Positions 59,200 through 64,000 of a DNA stretch of 64,000 nucleotides are shown here, piece by piece. The notes under the pieces were generated by a model that did no database searches, was not told the DNA's origin, and saw only the letters and a program-made list of their open reading frames with translations. The position numbers were made by a program, and so were the translations under genes. This DNA is from an uncultured Roseburia sp. (GTDB taxonomy: Bacteria > Bacillota > Clostridia > Lachnospirales > Lachnospiraceae), in assembly GCA_958420225.1 (NCBI GenBank), contig CATZIT010000002.1, forward strand, positions 204,865 through 268,864, written 5' to 3'. Within the stretch, counting starts at the first letter, position 1. Each line of letters begins with the position of its first letter.

Positions 59200-60636
59200 A
59201 TGTTAGTAGAGACAAAAGCAAGAGTTGGTGTATTTTCGATAGCACTCGGCGCATACCTGCCACAGTTTCCAACACTCGTTCCTGAGTTTGAGGCACAGTA
59301 TGAGGCCTTTAAAAAGACGATACCGGATTCCGTTGAGCTGGTGGATGGTGGAATTGTTACCACAAAAGAGCTTTCCATGAAGGCAGGAGACAAATTCAGG
59401 GCAGCGGATGTAGATCTGGTAATTTTACAGCTTCTTACATATGCCACAAGCTACAATATGCTTCCTGCAATCAGAGATTTAAATGTGCCGGTTGTTCTTG
59501 TGAATGTTCAAAAGCTCAAGGCACCGGATTATGCGAATACGGACACACCGAAATGGCTTGGTGAGCTGTACGCATGCGGGGCAGTGGGAGAGATGGTTGC
59601 AGACCTTGAGAGAGCAGGCAAGAGACATGCAGTAATTACGGGCGTAGTGGAAGGCGGAGACGACTACGTGGCAGTGGAGATAGCACAGTGGTGTAAGGCA
59701 GCCCAGGTCAGAAGGAGATTCCGCTATACCAATATCGCGCAGATTGGAAGACCTTATCCGGGAATGATGGATCTGTACATTGATGAGACAAATCTGTATA
59801 ACCGCATGGGTCTTTACACTAAGCAGTTTGACTGGGAGAAAATGTGGGCAATCGCTGACCATATCACAGATGAGAATGCAATCAGGGCAAAGGCTGAGGA
59901 TATACTTGCGACATTTGATATAGCACCGGACAAGACCGGAAAAGTAGCTACAGTTGAGACTGTATGGGATATGGCAAGATATGTTGTGGCATTTGAGGAA
60001 TGGGTAAAGGAAGAAGAACTTGGTATGATAGCCTCTCATTATGACGGTTTTGCCCAGGGAATAGCAGGAAAGCTTGACAGTATGCTGATACCGGCGTTTT
60101 CAATGCTGATAAAGCAGGGAACAGCCTGTGCAGTGGAGGGAGATATCAAGGTTGCCATGGCGATGAGCATCTTAAAGACAATTGCCGGAACAGGACAGCT
60201 TTCGGAGATGTATTCTATTGATTTTAATGAGGATATCTGTATTATAGGCCATTCAGGTTCAGGAGATGCGGATATTTCACAGGCGAAAAAGCCAACCATG
60301 AAAATTGTGGACGTATTTCACGGGAAAACAGGCGGTGGATATCTGACACAGTTTTATCCGCCGGTCGGAGATGTAACATATCTTGGAATCACTCAGGATA
60401 TGAACGGAAAATTTAAGTTTGTTGTGGCAGAGGGCGTAAACGAGGATGGTCCGATATTCACATTTGGAGATACAAATATGAGAACGCGCTTTTCAATCGG
60501 AGCAAGAGAATTTTGTAACCGTTGGAGCGAAGCAGGACCTACACATCACATGGCAGCAGCGGTTGGCAGACATATCGATACAATACTCAAGGTGGCAAAG
60601 ATACTGGATGTGCCGGTTGATATTGTATGCAGGTAA
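59200..60636 (+). CDS. L-arabinose/L-fucose-isomerase-family sugar isomerase (candidate L-rhamnose isomerase of this cluster)
   Basis: C-terminus …WSEAGPTHHMAAAVGRH… resembles the AraA/FucI family; sits between rhaB and rhaD. Confidence 0.55.
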   Translation: MLVETKARVGVFSIALGAYLPQFPTLVPEFEAQYEAFKKTIPDSVELVDGGIVTTKELSMKAGDKFRAADVDLVILQLLTYATSYNMLPAIRDLNVPVVLVNVQKLKAPDYANTDTPKWLGELYACGAVGEMVADLERAGKRHAVITGVVEGGDDYVAVEIAQWCKAAQVRRRFRYTNIAQIGRPYPGMMDLYIDETNLYNRMGLYTKQFDWEKMWAIADHITDENAIRAKAEDILATFDIAPDKTGKVATVETVWDMARYVVAFEEWVKEEELGMIASHYDGFAQGIAGKLDSMLIPAFSMLIKQGTACAVEGDIKVAMAMSILKTIAGTGQLSEMYSIDFNEDICIIGHSGSGDADISQAKKPTMKIVDVFHGKTGGGYLTQFYPPVGDVTYLGITQDMNGKFKFVVAEGVNEDGPIFTFGDTNMRTRFSIGAREFCNRWSEAGPTHHMAAAVGRHIDTILKVAKILDVPVDIVCR

Positions 60637-60686
60637 TCAGGTACAAAATACTAGTTTAAATATAGTAGAAAAGTGAGGAAAATATC

Positions 60687-61508
60687 ATGAAATTTTTAGA
60701 TGCAGAATTTGTAAAAGGATTTATACGTATGGCAAATGACGGATGGGAGCAGGGCTGGCACGAAAGAAACGGCGGAAACCTTTCATATCGTGTGAAGGCA
60801 GATGAGGTAGAGTCAGTAAAAGAAAATTTTGAGCCAAAAGAGTGGCAGCCAATCGGAACAACAGTGCCAAATCTTGCAGGAGAGTATTTTCTTGTGACAG
60901 GAAGCGGAAAATATTTCAGAAACGTGATAATCAAACCGGAGGATTCCATCTGTATGATAGAGCTTGATGAAAAGGGCGAAAACTACCGTATCGTATGGGG
61001 GCTTGTAAATGGTGGAAGACCAACAAGTGAACTGCCAAGCCACCTTATGAATCTCGAGGTAAAGAAGCTTAAGAATCCAAATTACAGAGTAGTATATCAT
61101 GCACATACAACTAACATCATAGCGCTTACATTTGTTCTTCCGCTTGAGGATAAAGTCTTTACAAGAGAGCTTTGGGAAATGGCAACAGAGTGTCCGGTAG
61201 TATTTCCTGATGGAATCGGTGTAGTTCCATGGATGGTTCCGGGAGGAAGAGAAATTGCAGTAGCGACAAGTGAGCTTATGAAGAAATATGATCTTGCCAT
61301 ATGGGCACATCATGGAATGTTTGCCGCAGGGGAGGATTTTGATCTTACATTTGGACTCATGCATACAGCAGAAAAATCAGCAGAGATTCTGGTAAAAATG
61401 CTGTCAATGAGACCTGATAAACTGCAGACAATTACACCTGATGATTTCAGACATCTGGCTAAAGATTTTAATGTTACTCTTCCAGAAGAGTTTCTATATG
61501 ATAAATAA
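60687..61508 (+). CDS. rhaD: rhamnulose-1-phosphate aldolase (class II aldolase/adducin family)
   Basis: N-terminus FVKGFIRMANDGWEQGWHERNGGNLSYRV closely parallels E. coli RhaD. Confidence 0.85.
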   Translation: MKFLDAEFVKGFIRMANDGWEQGWHERNGGNLSYRVKADEVESVKENFEPKEWQPIGTTVPNLAGEYFLVTGSGKYFRNVIIKPEDSICMIELDEKGENYRIVWGLVNGGRPTSELPSHLMNLEVKKLKNPNYRVVYHAHTTNIIALTFVLPLEDKVFTRELWEMATECPVVFPDGIGVVPWMVPGGREIAVATSELMKKYDLAIWAHHGMFAAGEDFDLTFGLMHTAEKSAEILVKMLSMRPDKLQTITPDDFRHLAKDFNVTLPEEFLYDK

Positions 61509-61589
61509 AAGATTTCATGTTGATTTTACATATTCTTCATGCGACAAGTAATCTGTGACTTTTGGGAGATACCTTATGTGTAGTAATAT

Positions 61590-61926
61590 GTAGAAATATG
61601 ACACCTACGCTTGACAATATGCTTATGAGCGTGGTGTTGACGAAGGTATCAGCAATACGCCGATGGATTTGGTTACGTTTTGCAGGAAAAATGAGATTGC
61701 GGTAGAGCCACATTCCCCGATTGCATACGGTGTGATTTTAAACCAGACAGAAATTAAGGAGATGGCAGATAAATATGGTGTACGGTGGAAAATTGTAGGA
61801 GAAAAGAGGGGCCGGAATAAAACGGTCTCTTTTTTTGTCATAAATCTTGAAAAAATAGAAAATTATGGCAAAATAATAGTGATAGGTGATGAAAATCGTA
61901 GTATAAGAGTACAAAGGAGTACGTAA
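61590..61926 (+). pseudogene. C-terminal remnant of an aldo/keto reductase gene
   Basis: …FCRKNEIAVEPHSPIAYGVILNQTEIKEMADKYGV… matches the AKR C-terminal region; no intact N-terminus upstream. Confidence 0.35.
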
Positions 61927-61928
61927 TA

Positions 61929-63821
61929 ATGGAAGCACATGAGAAGTCATTTACTTTTATGAATGGACCGATTAGAATTGAAATACCGTTCTTCCAGAGA
62001 GGTTATGTCTGGAATAAGGATAACTGGAGAGATTTAATAGAAGATTTGCTGGATGAAAAAAGCAGTCATTTTCTGGGTTCTATTATTCTTAAAGCAATTA
62101 AGACTGAGAGTGGAGAAATACCAAGATGGTCATTGATTGACGGACAACAGAGACTTACTACGTTAAGTGTGCTTTTACGTGCATGCTATGACAATTTACC
62201 ATTAAGTACCTATGATGACGAAATACAGGCAGACTTGAAGAAGCAGATGCAGGATATGCTGTTTTATAAAGAGAAGAGCATCAGTGCGGTCAGAAAGGCT
62301 AAAATTCAGCACTCACTTGTTGATTCACCTGCCTTTGGCAAAGTGATTCATGGCGAAATGTCAGATAAACTGGATGGTATCGTTTTGGCAGAAGAAGCAT
62401 CCAAAGAGAAGAAAGCCTCTGATGGTATTCTTCAATGTTATAAATTCTTTTGCAAATATCTGGACAAAGACGAAGAGAAAACGTCCAGGCTATGGGAACT
62501 TTTACAGAATCAAAATGCGAAGATTCTTGTAAAAATTGATTTGGAAGCGGATGAGAATGAACAGGCAATTTTTGATACGGTCAATAGTGCAGGAGTAAGG
62601 CTTACCTGTGCAGATACGATTAAGAATAGTATTTTCCAGTATGCTATTGATAAAGCTGAGGAAAACAGGAAAAATCACGAAGTGGTCGAAGTGAAATTAA
62701 AGGATGATACGGTACATATTGAATCAAAGGAAGATGTAATAGGGCTTTATAAAAGTACCTGGGAAAATACGTTTAGCTGCGATGGGGATACCATTGGATA
62801 CTGGGCAACAATAAGACCACTTGGCCGAATTACCAGAGATAATCTTGAAATATTACTTCATTGTATTGCCCTGATAGAAGGAATCTATAATCCGGAAGAA
62901 CATAAAATATCGGATTTGCCAGATATTTATAAAGAATATACGAAGAATCTTACGACAAAAGAGTTAATGGAATTTATAATTGAAATTTGCAGCTACGGAG
63001 AAATATACAGAAAATTCTTTTGCTCGTTTGATGCAACGACACTATATTCTTATAAGAAACCGATACAGCGACTGTTCCATATTTTAAACGTATGTGATAT
63101 TTCAACATTTCATGCTTATATTCTTAAACTGTTAAGCAAATACAGTAATTTGGATGAAGATAAATTGCCGGCAGATATTTTAAAAGAATTGCATAATCTT
63201 GAGATAATTGCAATCCGGTATGTGATTTGTGGCTCTTCTACCAAGAATTTTAACAAAAATTGTGCGGACCTATTGGCGGATAAAACAACGACAGCTGACC
63301 TGATAAACGACAGACAGGATGAAATTAAAGATGCTATTCTGGCACAGAAAGTAAAGGATATTTCAAATAAACATGCGGCACTCTTTTTATTCTGGCTTGA
63401 GCTAAAACGGCGTTCGGAAGATGAAAAGTGTGCAGAGAAAGAACTTAAGTATTGTTATACATTAGAACATATTATGCCTCAGAAATGGCAGGAGTTTTGG
63501 CCGGTTTATAACCCTGTAGTAAAGGATGAGAATGGGCAGGATATCACGGATGGCGAAACCGCTGAAGAAATGAGAAGTGCTGCAGTGTATGAAATTGGAA
63601 ATATGGCATTGTTAGTATCGAGCTTGAATACTTCCATTCGAAATTATGAATTTAAAAGAAAAATGGAAGGGGAAGGCAGAAAAGCTGGTGTAAAGAAATA
63701 CGACTATCTGCTTTACACAAAGGATATCACTGCACTCTATGACAAAGGTGATATTTGGGATGAGACGAAGATTCATAACAGAACCAGACAGCTGACAGAT
63801 GAAATCCTGAAAATGTGGTGA
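61929..63821 (+). CDS. GmrSD-like type IV restriction enzyme family protein (DUF262 N-terminal, DUF1524/His-Me-finger C-terminal)
   Basis: DGQQRLTT motif of DUF262; C-terminal …LEHIMPQ… HNH-like motif. Confidence 0.75.
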   Translation: MEAHEKSFTFMNGPIRIEIPFFQRGYVWNKDNWRDLIEDLLDEKSSHFLGSIILKAIKTESGEIPRWSLIDGQQRLTTLSVLLRACYDNLPLSTYDDEIQADLKKQMQDMLFYKEKSISAVRKAKIQHSLVDSPAFGKVIHGEMSDKLDGIVLAEEASKEKKASDGILQCYKFFCKYLDKDEEKTSRLWELLQNQNAKILVKIDLEADENEQAIFDTVNSAGVRLTCADTIKNSIFQYAIDKAEENRKNHEVVEVKLKDDTVHIESKEDVIGLYKSTWENTFSCDGDTIGYWATIRPLGRITRDNLEILLHCIALIEGIYNPEEHKISDLPDIYKEYTKNLTTKELMEFIIEICSYGEIYRKFFCSFDATTLYSYKKPIQRLFHILNVCDISTFHAYILKLLSKYSNLDEDKLPADILKELHNLEIIAIRYVICGSSTKNFNKNCADLLADKTTTADLINDRQDEIKDAILAQKVKDISNKHAALFLFWLELKRRSEDEKCAEKELKYCYTLEHIMPQKWQEFWPVYNPVVKDENGQDITDGETAEEMRSAAVYEIGNMALLVSSLNTSIRNYEFKRKMEGEGRKAGVKKYDYLLYTKDITALYDKGDIWDETKIHNRTRQLTDEILKMW

Positions 63822-64000
63822 TTCTGGCAGGAGTGCTTATAAAAGCCGGATGAAAGTAATTGTACAGAAGAAAGAAATGTACATTTTGGCCCTGATGTGG
63901 TACACTATATGTTGCCGTGTCAGGGTTTTTGCCTGGCAAACGTTGTTTGATAAAAGAACAAATACTTTAAGAAGGAGAATATAGACATATGAAATTAGGA

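Noticed and set aside
1-64000. CRISPR arrays, rRNA genes, transposase/IS elements
   Set aside because: No regularly spaced short direct repeats were seen. No rRNA-like conserved stretches and no DDE/IS-type transposase ORFs were found. The only mobile signature is the tyrosine integrase at the tRNA site.

Overview
The window looks like a chromosomal segment of a low-GC Firmicute (Clostridia-like, probably Lachnospiraceae-type). It divides into five regions.

- **1–6300, tRNA-linked accessory island.** It holds a tyrosine integrase, three copies of a tRNA 3'-end att core, cassette-like cargo genes each behind a repeated ~130-bp leader, and homologous copies of the tRNA terminator. The region also carries a frameshifted Fic gene and a GNAT remnant.
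- **6866–22150, mixed metabolic and accessory genes.** These include an ABC exporter, several GNATs, CapA, a cysteine-desulfidase-like protein, a TrxB-like oxidoreductase, ThiD and a YeiH transporter. An XRE-fused MNT/HepT toxin-antitoxin pair and an AraC/AKR pair lie in the same region.
- **22200–48360, conserved housekeeping backbone.** The gene order is dgt-dnaG-rpoD-trmK, RNase P RNA, pyrBI, then priA-def-fmt-rsmB-rlmN-stp-prkC-rsgA-rpe-thiN. It is interrupted by small uncharacterised operons: a kinase-like/ParB-like/DUF trio and a Zn-ribbon/DUF/J-domain trio.
- **48500–56400, surface and signalling block.** A giant Glu/Thr-repeat, beta-helix and LRR surface protein is followed by an MCP, a sugar-binding protein and a GGDEF cyclase. 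This block abuts a remnant of a GH78 rhamnosidase.
- **56640–63821, rhamnose cluster and defence gene.** The cluster is rhaR-like AraC, rhaB, an AraA/FucI-family isomerase and rhaD. It is followed by an aldo/keto-reductase remnant and a GmrSD-like (DUF262/DUF1524) type IV restriction gene.

No rRNA or CRISPR array was seen. The only tRNA signal is a truncated tRNA 3' end at the window start.
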